Below, one piece after another: positions 22,304 through 34,185 of a stretch of DNA of 64,000 bases; the first letter of the stretch is position 1; each line of letters begins with the position of its first letter. Below the pieces are notes generated by a model, which saw only the letters and a list, made by a program, of their open reading frames with translations, ran no database searches and was not told the DNA's origin. This DNA comes from Camelus ferus (lineage: Eukaryota): assembly GCF_009834535.1 (NCBI RefSeq), contig NC_045732.1, positions 13,082,001 to 13,146,000 on the forward strand, given 5' to 3'. The position numbers were made by a program, and so were the translations under genes.

Positions 22304-24552
22304 GGCTCTGGTTTTTTTTTTTTTTTTTTAATGAAACACTACATTGTCATAATAAAGTTCGGAAGTCTAGAATGTTCATGATTTTACCTGATTCCTTTGG
22401 AAAGATGCAAACACCACATTTGCAGTGAACATCACCTGTCTCAACTGTATTGGGAGGAGGTCTGTCGAATAACCGTCTCCGTCTCCTAAAGCAAACCCTA
22501 TAAATGAAAATGGACACCTAGCTGACTGCACATGTTACAGGACTGATCTGAAGAGCATGCCTTCTAAAAAAAAGAAAAACTAGAAAATTCAGAGGGCAAG
22601 TGTTGTTGGCAACACATGTGCATAGACTGTCTCTCACGGTGACACTTCTCTTCAAAGCTCACAGCAAAATACCGCAGAATCAGGGCTCCTGACGTTACTG
22701 AAACGTGCCCAGAGCCACAGGTGATGTTCACCACGCAAACCATCCTCATCCGAAAGCTTGTCTCCTGTTTCGTCTCCCCCGCCCCCTGTCCTGGGCGAAC
22801 AGAGCCCGTCTGTCCTCCACCAACCACGCAGGGCTTCCCTGTGGGGGTGCGTCCTTCACAGACAGAGCAGAATGGCGGGCAAAAACCCACAGACAAGAGC
22901 GCCGTAAATATCCACCGGACCCTCCTGCAGGTTGGATCTGCCCGACTGTTCTTTTTAAGCCTTGAGGCTGACAGCCCTGGCGTGTTTTCTTGACTGCGTG
23001 ATTAGTGCCATTTAGTTTTTTTTTTTTTTAAGAGAAGAATCAAGTACTGACTTAAATCTAGTGACACTGGGGTGATCGCACAGAGCCTCTGAGTTCAATG
23101 ACTTATTAAATCATAACCCATACCGTTGGAATTTTCCCCTGAATCCTGTCGGATAAATTCGTTCATTTCATGATGAGAAAATCCACGGAGCAAGGGAAGG
23201 AAAATGTGAACCCAGGAGTAGCTGAATTCCATTAAGGACCTGACAGAGCCCCCGCTTGAGCATCTCATCAAGGCACCAGGAAAATGTCGGGAAAGCAAGG
23301 CTCATTATACAGCGCCTGTCTGAAACACTCGAGCATGGCCGAATAATCGTTAACGATTTCGTGTCAGGCTGGGAAGATGTGCGGAGAAGGGTCGGGAGGC
23401 CTCTGATAGGATCCTCGCTCGGGCTGTAGTTTGATTAACACCTCAAAGAGGGGTGGGGCGGGAGTCTCTATACACAACGACACGGAAGCAGGAGGGATCA
23501 TAAACACCCTGAAAAGTGCAGCTCGGACAGAAACGTGACAGGAGGCAGGGGAACGAGACTCAGCAGGGTCCTGCCCGTGTGAGCTGCTCAGCAGCCCTGG
23601 GCTGTCAGGGGACATGGGATGGTCCCGGTAGGGGCGGGGAGGGGTGACTTTGTGAGCCCAGAGCAAACCACGCCAGCGACACGGGGTCCGGTTTCTCTGA
23701 GGGCAAACTCACGGGGACCTCAAGCAAAGGGCAGCGGCCGAGCCCTGTGCCCCACTTACAAATGAGGACCTTTACGTGCAAAAGTTCTGGGGAAAGAAAG
23801 CAGAAATGCAGTCAAGAGGAGCATTTCTTCGGAGAGATGGAGACAGCCCGCAATGCTGGCTGTTCTGTCCTGGAGATGTCCGACTCCTTTCTCCCTCACC
23901 GTTCACGCAAAGCAGACTTCTCAGCTCCCTGCCTCCCAGCCATGCCCCGTGGGAAAGCCCAGAGGGCGGAGACAGTTTCGGTGAACCCAGCCGATCGAGC
24001 TAGGAGAAGTCAGCCGCTGGCGCCACCTTCCTGGACGGCTGGCAGCTCTATCTCCAGCTTCCGAAGGTCTTGCTGACGTGGAATGGAAGTCGGTCACGGT
24101 TTCGGAGGATGCTCGAGAGATCTCCCTGGGTTCATTTTAACCGAATCTTGTAAAATTCCAAATATTGCCTAACTGATGGAGATTCTGTAATGGTCACCCA
24201 CAGGAAGTTCCCCACTTAAAAGTGCTTAACTGGCTGGAGTTCATTTAGAGGTAATTTTTATGCAACCTGGGAAGCTTACATTAAAAAAAAACACGATCCA
24301 GACTGTACCCCAATCACATGTAGAAGCCCACTTGGATTCGTTAAATGTGCCTCCTTCAGTTGCCCACGCTGGGACATGACTGAGGATTCTTTTCCCACAG
24401 GGCCTCTGCAGATGTCCCTCTCTGCCCCAAGTCCTGTTTACATCGTTTACTTTGCCTGCAGCTTCTACACCATGATGCTGCTCCCCTCCCCAGGGGATGC
24501 TGAGCTCTTCACGAGGAAGATGTTTCCTTCATTTCTCAGTGAGCAAAGGAGA

Positions 24553-25224
24553 GATGGATGGGTGGGTGGATAGATGAATGATGGATGGGTNNNNNNNNNN
24601 NNNNNNNNNNNNNNNNNNNNNNNNNNNNNNNNNNNNNNNNNNNNNNNNNNNNNNNNNNNNNNNNNNNNNNNNNNNNNNNNNNNNNNNNNNNNNNNNNNNN
24701 NNNNNNNNNNNNNNNNNNNNNNNNNNNNNNNNNNNNNNNNNNNNNNNNNNNNNNNNNNNNNNNNNNNNNNNNNNNNNNNNNNNNNNNNNNNNNNNNNNNN
24801 NNNNNNNNNNNNNNNNNNNNNNNNNNNNNNNNNNNNNNNNNNNNNNNNNNNNNNNNNNNNNNNNNNNNNNNNNNNNNNNNNNNNNNNNNNNNNNNNNNNN
24901 NNNNNNNNNNNNNNNNNNNNNNNNNNNNNNNNNNNNNNNNNNNNNNNNNNNNNNNNNNNNNNNNNNNNNNNNNNNNNNNNNNNNNNNNNNNNNNNNNNNN
25001 NNNNNNNNNNNNNNNNNNNNNNNNNNNNNNNNNNNNNNNNNNNNNNNNNNNNNNNNNNNNNNNNNNNNNNNNNNNNNNNNNNNNNNNNNNNNNNNNNNNN
25101 NNNNNNNNNNNNNNNNNNNNNNNNNNNNNNNNNNNNNNNNNNNNNNNNNNNNNNNNNNNNNNNNGGTGGATGGATGGTTGGGTAGGTGGGTAGATGAATG
25201 GATGGATGGATGGATGGATGGATG
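24553..25224. repeat. (TGGA/TGGG)n microsatellite array interrupted by an assembly gap (N 24591-25164, 574 N)
   Basis: GATGGATGGGTGGGTGGATAGATG lies left of the N run and GGTGGATGGATGG...GATGGATGGATGGATG lies right of it. Confidence 0.9.
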
Positions 25225-27464
25225 ACAATATATATGGACTTAATCAAACAGAACTTCTCAGCATGGTTCCAAAGCAAAGGGTCAGACGCCTAGGTCCTTG
25301 AGCAGTTGGGGAAAGGCAGGAGGGCAGAAGACCCCAGGGCAGGAGAGGTTAGAGACATAGAGGAAGGCTGTAAAGAGATCCACCGCCCCCACAACTCAGT
25401 GGCCACAAGAGGGCTCTGGGACATCCCCCTTTGGGAAGCAGGCGGCTCTCCAGGGAAAAAGGCAAAGTTTGCATCTAGCCCGCCCTTGTGCCGGAGGTCA
25501 AGCGGTGCTTGGTCTCAGGACACAGCCTGCTGCCCGTCACCCGGAGCCCCTCTCCAACCATCTACACTTTCGTAAGTGTTAAGCTCATTGGAAAAGATTG
25601 CTGTTTCAAGGGTTACACCCAACGCAGTGTAATTTAGGCTAATTTGTGTGCGCTCTCTGGGTTCATAAACCTACTCATAGGAACACCAGGCTGAACCACA
25701 AATGAGAGATCAAATTAGCCCTAATTGGATTGTATTCAATTTGACTTTCTAAAGCCCTGAAGCTTTGGGCATTGAAGTTCCACTGTGAGAGAAACAGGAT
25801 AAAAGCAAGAATTGCGTTTCCTTCTCTTGCCTCCATTTCTGAGGGGTTTATAATTTCCTCTTAATTGGTGATGGACAGATATGATTGTAATAATTTAAGA
25901 ATGTTTTCCTGGTCCCATTTTCCTCTTTCTGCATGCCACGGCGACTTTGCATCACGTGAAGGATAACTCTCAACATATGGGTCAATCAGCTCTTTGGGGG
26001 ATATTTCAAAGATTTCCTGGAGCACTAATTTTCCAGAAGAAACTTAATCCCAAAGACAATACTGTCCCTTTCATTTCTGCTTCTCAGAAGGGTCCTCACA
26101 GTGGTGTTTGTCACGAGTTGCCAGACACTGGCAGACTTTTTTGTGTGAGTGAGCTTTTCTTGGGAAACTAAAGACGATTTTATTCATAACATAGAATTAA
26201 ATTTTGCCCAATGTTCTGTTATTGGTTATTCTTTTTTTTTTTTTTAAAAATGTTCTTAAGTTTCTGAAAACTTGCAGAATTATTATATTTTCAAAAGTAG
26301 TTTTGGAGTTTTAATATATCTAATAACATCAAATCAATATTGTCAGTGCCATACAGCGTATTAGAAAAAGGAGAAGGTGCCTACATCGTGAGAGTAAGTG
26401 AATTTACTCCTTCGTTGGCCCCCAGAGCTTGTCTTTAATCGGCCAGAAGGGTTTCAGGGAGACAAAATTAATGTGTTGGATTTTAATGCCTGCAACTTTC
26501 TTCGACGTGGTAGAATACAAAAAAGAAATTAACTATTTTCAAGCAACTGTTCTGGGATGTGTGTAAAAACGTCTCTGCATGCAAACTTTTTGTGCAAACG
26601 TTTTTTAATAAAGGGATCCTCTGTTTTATGTGAATGGTGCCTCGTTTCAGCTTTATTATGAGCAGATGGTTCCTATTTAGCATATTATATGCAAATATGC
26701 GGGTTGCCTTTTCAATACAATTATGCCTGATAGATGAGTGAGGTTTGGGTTCCCTTTTTCTGAAGATGCATCCAAGTTCTAATTTCACAAAGATTTTTAT
26801 AAGCTGGAATTACTGTCTATAATTTCTGCGGCAATTAAAATTCTTGGCACGGGTGCACAGGTCTAAAAAAGCAGATGACTGTGAACACACTGCAGTTGGG
26901 TAGGTGCTCAGGATTCACCCCCAGCCCCTCTGCATTTCTGGAGACAAATTTAAAGCTGTTGCCTGCTGAATTCTCGATGTTCACTTTGTATCTGTTTCTC
27001 TTCCCAAGCATCTCCCGCTGGCTCCTCCCCACCTGCCTCCACCAGGCGTATCCCAGTCTTGGCCGCCATCTTCCCCAGCATGAGGCTGACCTCCCTTGCA
27101 TATGCCTTCGCCCTCTTGGCTGTGCCTGAGCACCTGTTCATCCTGTTGCCAACACTACCTTCCTAAATATACACCAGGACAGGCACACTCTCCTGTGCTT
27201 TAACGGATTCCCGTAGACTTACTCAACAAGGCGTATTTCTCACAACTTCTAACTCTGAGCCTTCAGAGCAAAATCCATCTCAGTGTTGACCCCAGGTGGA
27301 CGGTTCTCTATCCTCCTCCAATTAGGAGATTCACCAAGAAAAAAAAAAGAAACGTTGGAAGGTGAGACTCTTCCCAAATCATTTTGGACCAGACCAGGTC
27401 TACCTCCAAGCTTTGTTCTTGGTTGTCACTGAATGATCTCATTATGTACCTATTTTTAAGAATG

Positions 27465-27726
27465 NNNNNNNNNNNNNNNNNNNNNNNNNNNNNNNNNNNN
27501 NNNNNNNNNNNNNNNNNNNNNNNNNNNNNNNNNNNNNNNNNNNNNNNNNNNNNNNNNNNNNNNNNNNNNNNNNNNNNNNNNNNNNNNNNNNNNNNNNNNN
27601 NNNNNNNNNNNNNNNNNNNNNNNNNNNNNNNNNNNNNNNNNNNNNNNNNNNNNNNNNNNNNNNNNNNNNNNNNNNNNNNNNNNNNNNNNNNNNNNNNNNN
27701 NNNNNNNNNNNNNNNNNNNNNNNNNN
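27465..27726. other. Assembly gap (262 N), right flank (TCCA)-like
   Basis: Run of N followed by ATCCATCTG...CATGCATCCACCCATCCC. Confidence 1.
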
Positions 27727-28014
27727 ATCCATCTGTTCGTCTACCCATGCATCCACCCATCCCTAAGTTCCTTACCATGTCCACAGGGCACATGCTTTCT
27801 GGTGCCAGCCATCCTCACACACATCACAGAGCCATCAAAAGAAGGCTGTAAAAAGTGTGTTAAATTTATATACTGTAGTGCTTTATAACTGTTAAAGGAA
27901 GTGAACTCACATGTACCAAAATGAATCAACCTAGAAAAAAAACGCAGGAGAAAATTTTGTTGTCCAAGGGATTCCTACAGTTAGTGGACACAACATGTAC
28001 CATTTGTTTGACTT

Positions 28015-28450
28015 CTTTAAAATTAATAGACTTTGTTCTTTGAACAGCTCTGGGTTTACAGAAACACTGGGGAGAAAACACAGAGTTCCCATTACGGCCT
28101 CCCCTACAATTAATGTCTTGCATGGATGTGGTACCTTTGTGATAACTGATGAGCCAATATTGATAAATTATTGACTAAAGTTCACAGTTTATGTTAGGGA
28201 TCACTCTTGGTGCTGGACATTCTGTGGGCTTGGACAAATGTATAATCACTTGTATCCACCATTGTAGGAGCACATAGCGTCGTGTCACTGCCCTAAAAAC
28301 CCTCCGTGCTCCACCTGCTCGTCCCTCCCTGCCCCCCGGCCCCTCGGGAACCACTGTCCTTTTACTGTCTCCATAGTTGCACCTTTTCCAGGATGTCATT
28401 CTGGTGGAATGACAGAGCTGGAGTCCTTTTTAGATTGGATTCTTTCTCAT
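28015..28450 (-). mobile_element. L1MC1/2-like 3' end
   Basis: AATAGACTTTG...AAAGTTCACAGTTTATGTTAGGGATCACTCTTGGTG...GGACAAATGTATAATCACTTGTATCCACCATTG...CACTGCCCTAAAAACCCTCCGTGCTCCACCT is characteristic of antisense L1MC. Confidence 0.85.
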
Positions 28451-31194
28451 GCGTGTGAATTTCTAAGCACGCCCAAAGCAATGCTGTGCGTTGCTTACAG
28501 ATACACGGAAAAAGTACCCAGATTACAAAAACGCAGGTCAGCTTAGGAGAGAGGTCCCATCTGGGAGGGCAGGGGACCATGCGGACAGGCAGATTTCCAG
28601 AGGCTGCGTTTCTGTTCCTTAAAGGAGAGGAGGACGTGAATCCATCGTTCATTCTCAGGGCTGAGTCCACGGGTCTCTTAGCTGTCGGTCTGTCTGAAAT
28701 GTGCCCCATCTGAGGAGCACGCGGAGGAGCCACGTCCCAGGTGAGGGGAGGGGACAGAGTGCCGGGCTTGGAGCCGGGAGACGTGAGTGTCTAACTTTTT
28801 CTGAGTCTCACCTCTCTCATCTTTCAGAGAGCGGACAAACAGGATGACCTCTAAGGCTCCTTCGAAGGACATCACACCAGGAGGTTTGGAATCAGCCTCA
28901 GTAGTGGCTCCTGGTTACCCAGTACAACATGGCGGATGGATGGAAACTGCGTATTTCCTCTGAGAAGCCTCATGGCCTCGGAGGGACTGGGACGTGGACG
29001 ACATACCAAGGAGTCAAGTCTCCTTTCTACGGGCGTGAGGCGTCTTCCCGACTTGTCAGTGCCCCCCAGAGCTGGACTGTGATGGAGGCTACGAGGTGGG
29101 GTTGGCTGAACACCGTGAATGGCTTCCCTTCCTGGGACGGGGCTCATTGTGTGTCCAGGCCAACTGCTGGTCTACATCCTGGTGTGTTCTGGTTTGGAGG
29201 TTGAAAGCCGTCAATTGCGTTCACCCCTTTGAAGAACACAAGGATATCTGTGATTCTAGTGGGTGGAGGGCAGACCCCAAGTACCAGTATCCTCCCTCCC
29301 GCCCGGACAGAACAGCCACCCGACCCCCTGCCCAGAGAGACGGAGGCTGGGGAGGAATCATCCGGAATGGAGACAGCCGATCGCGCCCTCACAGACCCCC
29401 AGCAGGGCTGTTCCTGGGGGAGACGCTCTCGTCTCTGCAAGCGTCTTGCGAGGCCGCGCTTCGCGACTGCATTTCATAAATTCCTGATTTGCAATTACAT
29501 CCATCTTTTCACACGGCCCTGTTGAGGGAAATACCTTACCCTGCTCGCTTCAATTCCTCCTCTCATCTCTTATGCTGGGGGTGGGGGAGAAGGCCTCATA
29601 AATGTCTCTGGGCTCGTCTAATATAAAAACTGGGGGCGTCATTTACACACGGGCGCAAGCGTCTGAGTGCCCGAACCTCGACTCCCTATGCACATCCAGC
29701 AGCACATCCAGTAACAGAGATTTAAAAGGTGGAGTTTCAGACAAAACTTCCTACAGGTGGCACTACCGCCGGGCGTGCGCTATTGCAAGGGCGCCATTTC
29801 CAACGCCTGCATCCGTGTAATTGTTCAGCAGCCTCCCGTCAGCACGGCCCGTGCAAAGGCTCGCTTCACGGCGTTGGGTCTCCCCAGTCCTCAGGCGACG
29901 CGCGCACATCCCACTGCCCAGCCTGTAAACTCACTCGCATCGTGCCCCATGCCAACCACATCCACCCCAATAACAAAAACGTTGCCTGAAGTCGCACCCG
30001 TCTGTGTGACCTCCACCCACACCGACGTTGCCCCCAGCTCCCAGTTCAGAGTTCTCCCCAGTGTACGCCCTCGTGGCGGGCGTGCTTCTGACTTCTCCGT
30101 GGCCCGCTCTCTCTCCCTCCTCAAATTTGCATCCTCAGACGCTGAGCACACCTGGACCAGGCTGCCCGGAAGTCCCTGCTTCTGCCTCCCGTGCCCATCC
30201 CAGCCCTCCGGTACCCGTCGGTGGCTCAGACGCCTTCCTCTGGGTGAAGAGAGAAGCCACGCACATTGCTTTGTGCCAGAGGGTTCCACTTTTGCTGCTC
30301 TGGTGAGGGGTCCCCCTCTCCGGGCGGACACCTGAGATGAATCATAGAGGCTCTTCTGGAACGCTCCTTCTGGCCACTCCAACAGTGAGTGTGTGCTGCA
30401 TCTGTTGGTCTCATCCTACGGGACTCAGCTTCCTTGTGGGATGTCCTAGCCAAGACTTCTCACCGGTGCCCCTCCATCTGTCCCCTTTGCCGTGTGTCCA
30501 GTGGTCACGAGTGTAGACTCTGCAGAGTGTCCACTCTCCACTTAAGGGCATAACCTCAGACACCAGCTTTCTCCCTGAACGCTGAGCAGGCAGACCCTCT
30601 GACATAGCCTTCAGGACACAGAGCCCCCAAAAGCCAGAGTGAGGGGGGACAGAGAGAGTGAGCATTCGGGACCCCTCCCCCTCCCTCCGCCAGACCCCTC
30701 TGGCTCAGAAAGAAGGGCTCTATTTTGTTCTTAAATTGCCCCACTGCCTCAAGAATGTTTCACAAATCCCGACCCTGAAGAGGAAACCACTCAGGCAAAC
30801 AATAATTGAGAAGCTGCGGAGGAAGTTCTAATTGCACTCAGATGTTTCGCAATTATTAAAATCTTGCAACGGAGCGCACGTAATCATTTTGTGATGTTTG
30901 GGCCGCTTTGACTTCACTGTCGTAAAAATAGCCTTATTCGTACGGTAAAAGGCCTAACGAAGTGAAAAAAAAGAAAAAATCATGTTTGCTGGGGTTTGTC
31001 CTTTGTTAGGCGTGCTCCCGAGAGGCACGTGGACCAAGTTCGCAACACAAGGCACCATCCAGAAGCCTCTCGGCCGCTCCCTCTAGACGGGGTGGAAATG
31101 CACTGGGAGCAAGGAGTGGTTGCCTGTCACCGCCGGGATGTCAGCCCCCGTGTGATAGGCCTCATCCTTTACCTGCCTGAGTCTGAAACCCACG

Positions 31195-31592
31195 TTCGTC
31201 ACCTCGGGCTGCGAGAAACAAACAGCACAGACAGGGCGGCTCCAACAGCAGACAGTTACTCCTCCCAGTTCTGCAGGCTGGACGTCCGAGTGCCCGGCGG
31301 GGGCAGACTGAGTCCCCGGCGAGGCTCCCTGCCTGGCTCGCAGGCGGCCACCTTCTCTGCGTCCTCACATGCCCATGTCTTCTAGGCGTGGGTGCACAGA
31401 GAGAAAGCAACCTCTCTCTGTTTCCTCGTCTTCTTATAAGGCCCCCAGTCTTACCAGATTAACACCTCACCCTGATGACATCATGTAACGTTCAACGCCT
31501 CCTAAAAGCCTTATTCTCCATGTTAACCCCCATGATCGGGTTAAGGGCTTCAACATATGAATTTTGGGGGAGACACAATTCAGTCCGTAGCA
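31195..31592 (-). mobile_element. MLT1A-like MaLR solo LTR
   Basis: CTCGGGCTGC...CAGTTCTGCAGGCTGGACGTCCGAG...CTTCTTATAAGG...GGGCTTCAACATATGAATTTTGGGGGAGACACAATTCAGTCCGTAGCA. Confidence 0.85.
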
Positions 31593-31747
31593 CTGTGTGA
31601 CCAAGAGCACAGAGAGTCTTTGGACGATGAAGAGTTTCCCCTACCTCTTGGCCTCCAACCTTTTGTGAGAATGACAGCGCACCCATGCCCTGGAATTCCC
31701 TCTAGCCCCGTCTGAGATCCAGTGTGGGGCAAGTCGAACATAACTAG

Positions 31748-32160
31748 TGTAATCGTCAGCTGTCGCCACAACAATGCTGTGTAACAAATCAACCTAAAAC
31801 TCAGTGGTCAAAGACAATGTTGTTTTTTCAGAGACCTATAGCTCAGCTACAGTCTGGTTGGGCGAGGCTGGACTGTGGACCCTGGGCTCCGAAGTGCACG
31901 CTCCAGGGAGCAGGCTGGTCCAGGTCTGCACTGTGCGTCTCTTATGTTCCCATCCCCAGCATGCACCTGGGGTATGTGCTCTGCTCCTCATCTGGGGCCC
32001 AGGAAGAAGGGGCAGTAAGTATATGGGGTGGGTTCTTCCAATGGTTGTGCAGATTCATCAGAAGGGAACAAACCCAACCGTGGGAATAGATTTCAAGTTT
32101 CTCTTTGTATTACCTCCCCTGACATCCATGAGCCAAATAAGTCCCATTGCCAAGTGCATG
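31748..32160 (-). mobile_element. MLT1K/L-like MaLR LTR remnant
   Basis: TGTAATCGTCAGCTGTCGCCACAACAATGCTGTGTAACAAATCAACCTAAAACTCAGTGG resembles the antisense MLT1K/L 3' end. The rest is degenerate. Confidence 0.55.
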
Positions 32161-32191
32161 GGCCCACAGTGAGGGTGCATCTGTGTGTCAC

Positions 32192-32499
32192 TGTGATGGG
32201 TTGACTGGTGCCCCCTAAAAAATATGTTCACATCAGAAACCCTGGAACTTGCAACGGGACCTTGTCTGGAAACAGGGTCTCTGCAGAAGGGATGATGTGA
32301 AGGGCCTGAGAGGAGGTCCTCCTGGAGGAGGTGGCCCTGCATCCAAGGACAGTGTCCTCAGAGAAGGAGAGACACAGACACAGAGGAGAAGCCACATGGA
32401 GACGGAGGCAGAGACGGGAGGGAGGTGGCCACCAGCCCAGGGATGGATGCCCGGAGCCCCCAGAAGCTGGAAGAGGCAGGACGGACCCTCCCCCTGGAG
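32192..32499 (+). mobile_element. MLT1C/D-like MaLR LTR, 3'-truncated (homogenised core copy 3)
   Basis: TGTGATGGGTTGACTGGTGCCCCCTAAAA start, then the shared core with a small deletion near 32360. Confidence 0.9.
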
Positions 32500-33412
32500 A
32501 CGGGGTTGGCGTTCGTGTCCACAAGGATGACATTCACCTCTCGTCATCATAGGGAGGGAGGGTGTCCAGCGTTTGGACCTGATTTTGGCACAGTAAAAGT
32601 GACCTTCATCTTAAGTCGCCCAGAAAAGCCCCCCTTGGGAGCAAGGACCCCCACGGCGCTGAGCCCAGGCACAATGTGGCCGTCTGGAATTATTTTCTGC
32701 GAATTTGTCTTGTGTATAAAATAGATACATTTTGCTTACAATATTATTACTTTCCATCCAGTATATTTTCTGTTTTTCGTCTCATGGCCTGTCACACAAG
32801 TGCAATAACCACTCTCGTGCGGTGGCACGCGCCCGGCAGACGGCATTGGGGATTGATTAAATGCCTCGGCTGAGTTTCACTATTTAATCAAGCCCTACCG
32901 TCATTTATTACATTGTATCTTTCAACCGATAAGAGCTGATCTTAAATACATTGATTCACTACTCAGCAATAAGGGCTCATCAATGTTTCAAATGCGCGGT
33001 TTACATATTTTCAGAAAATAGATCTGCTCGGGGAAGAGGGAAACATCCCGCACCCCCACCCCCACCCCCGGTGCCTGCAGAGAGAGGTTGGAACGGAACG
33101 AGACACGAAATTAATCCAGCATCGCTCCTTGCCGGCAAAGTGCATATTGCTTTATACGGAGCCATAAATATTAAGGATCTGGAGGTGAATTAGAAAAATA
33201 ACTATGGAGCTGAGTAAGATTGATGGCAGCGGGAGATGGAGTTCCTGGGAGCCTTGTAGCCACCAGCAGCCTCAACTCGGATGAGCTTTGAGACCCCACT
33301 CAAGACGGGAAGGTTTTCGGGCCAGGCGTGGTGGGGATGGGGGACGGGTGGGAGAGGTTCACGGAATTTACGGCCATGAGGTTCTGGGGTTGAGAGGCAA
33401 TGCACTTTATCT

Positions 33413-34185
33413 AATTTATTTATTTTTTTAAATTGAAGTACCATCAGTTTACAAGCCTGTGTCAGTTTCTGGTGCACAGCATCGTGTTTCAGTCACACAC
33501 ATACATACACATGTTCATTTTCACGTTCTTTCCATTATAGGCAACTATGAGATACTGAATATAGTTCCCTGTGCCATACGGTATAAACTTGTTGTTTATC
33601 TATTTTATATATACTAGTTAGTATCTGCAAATCTTGAACTCTCCATTTATCCTTTCCCACCCCCTTCTCCCCCTGATAACCATAAGTTTGTTTTCTGTGT
33701 CTGTGAGTCTGTTTCTGTTGTGTAAATAAATTCATCTTTTTGTTTTTTTAAGATTACACATATAAGTGATCTCATATGATATTTGTCTTTCTCTTTCTGG
33801 CTTACATCACTTACAATGACATCTCCAGGTCCATCCATGTTGCTGCAAATGGCGTTATTTCTTTCTTTTTCATGGCTATGTAATATTCCATTATATAAAT
33901 ACATCATAACTTCTTCATCCAGTCATCTGTGGATGGACATTTAGGTCGCTTCCATGTCTTGGCTGTTGTAAATAGTGCTGCTATGAACACTGGGGTGCAG
34001 GTGTCTTTTTGAAGTAGGGTCCCTTCTGGATATGAGCCCAGGAGTGGGATTGCTGGATCCTAGGGTAAGTCTATTCCTAGTCTTTTGAGGAATCTCCATT
34101 CTGTTTTCCACAGTGACTGCACCAAAGTCCATTCCCACCAGCAGTGTAGGAGGGTTCCCTTTTCTTCACACCCTCTCCAGCAGGA
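33413..34185 (-). mobile_element. Young camelid-type LINE-1, 5'-truncated (ORF2 C-terminus remnant plus 3' UTR), with candidate 14-bp TSD
   Basis: The translation [40 protein letters not shown] matches the L1 ORF2p Cys-rich C-terminus. The T-rich tail is at 33413-33430. Flanks are AATGCACTTTATCT (33399-33412) and AATACACTTTACCT (34186-34199). Confidence 0.95.

Noticed and set aside
30996-31410. 129-aa and 82-aa ORFs
   Set aside because: They overlap an MLT1A LTR and have no recognisable protein features.
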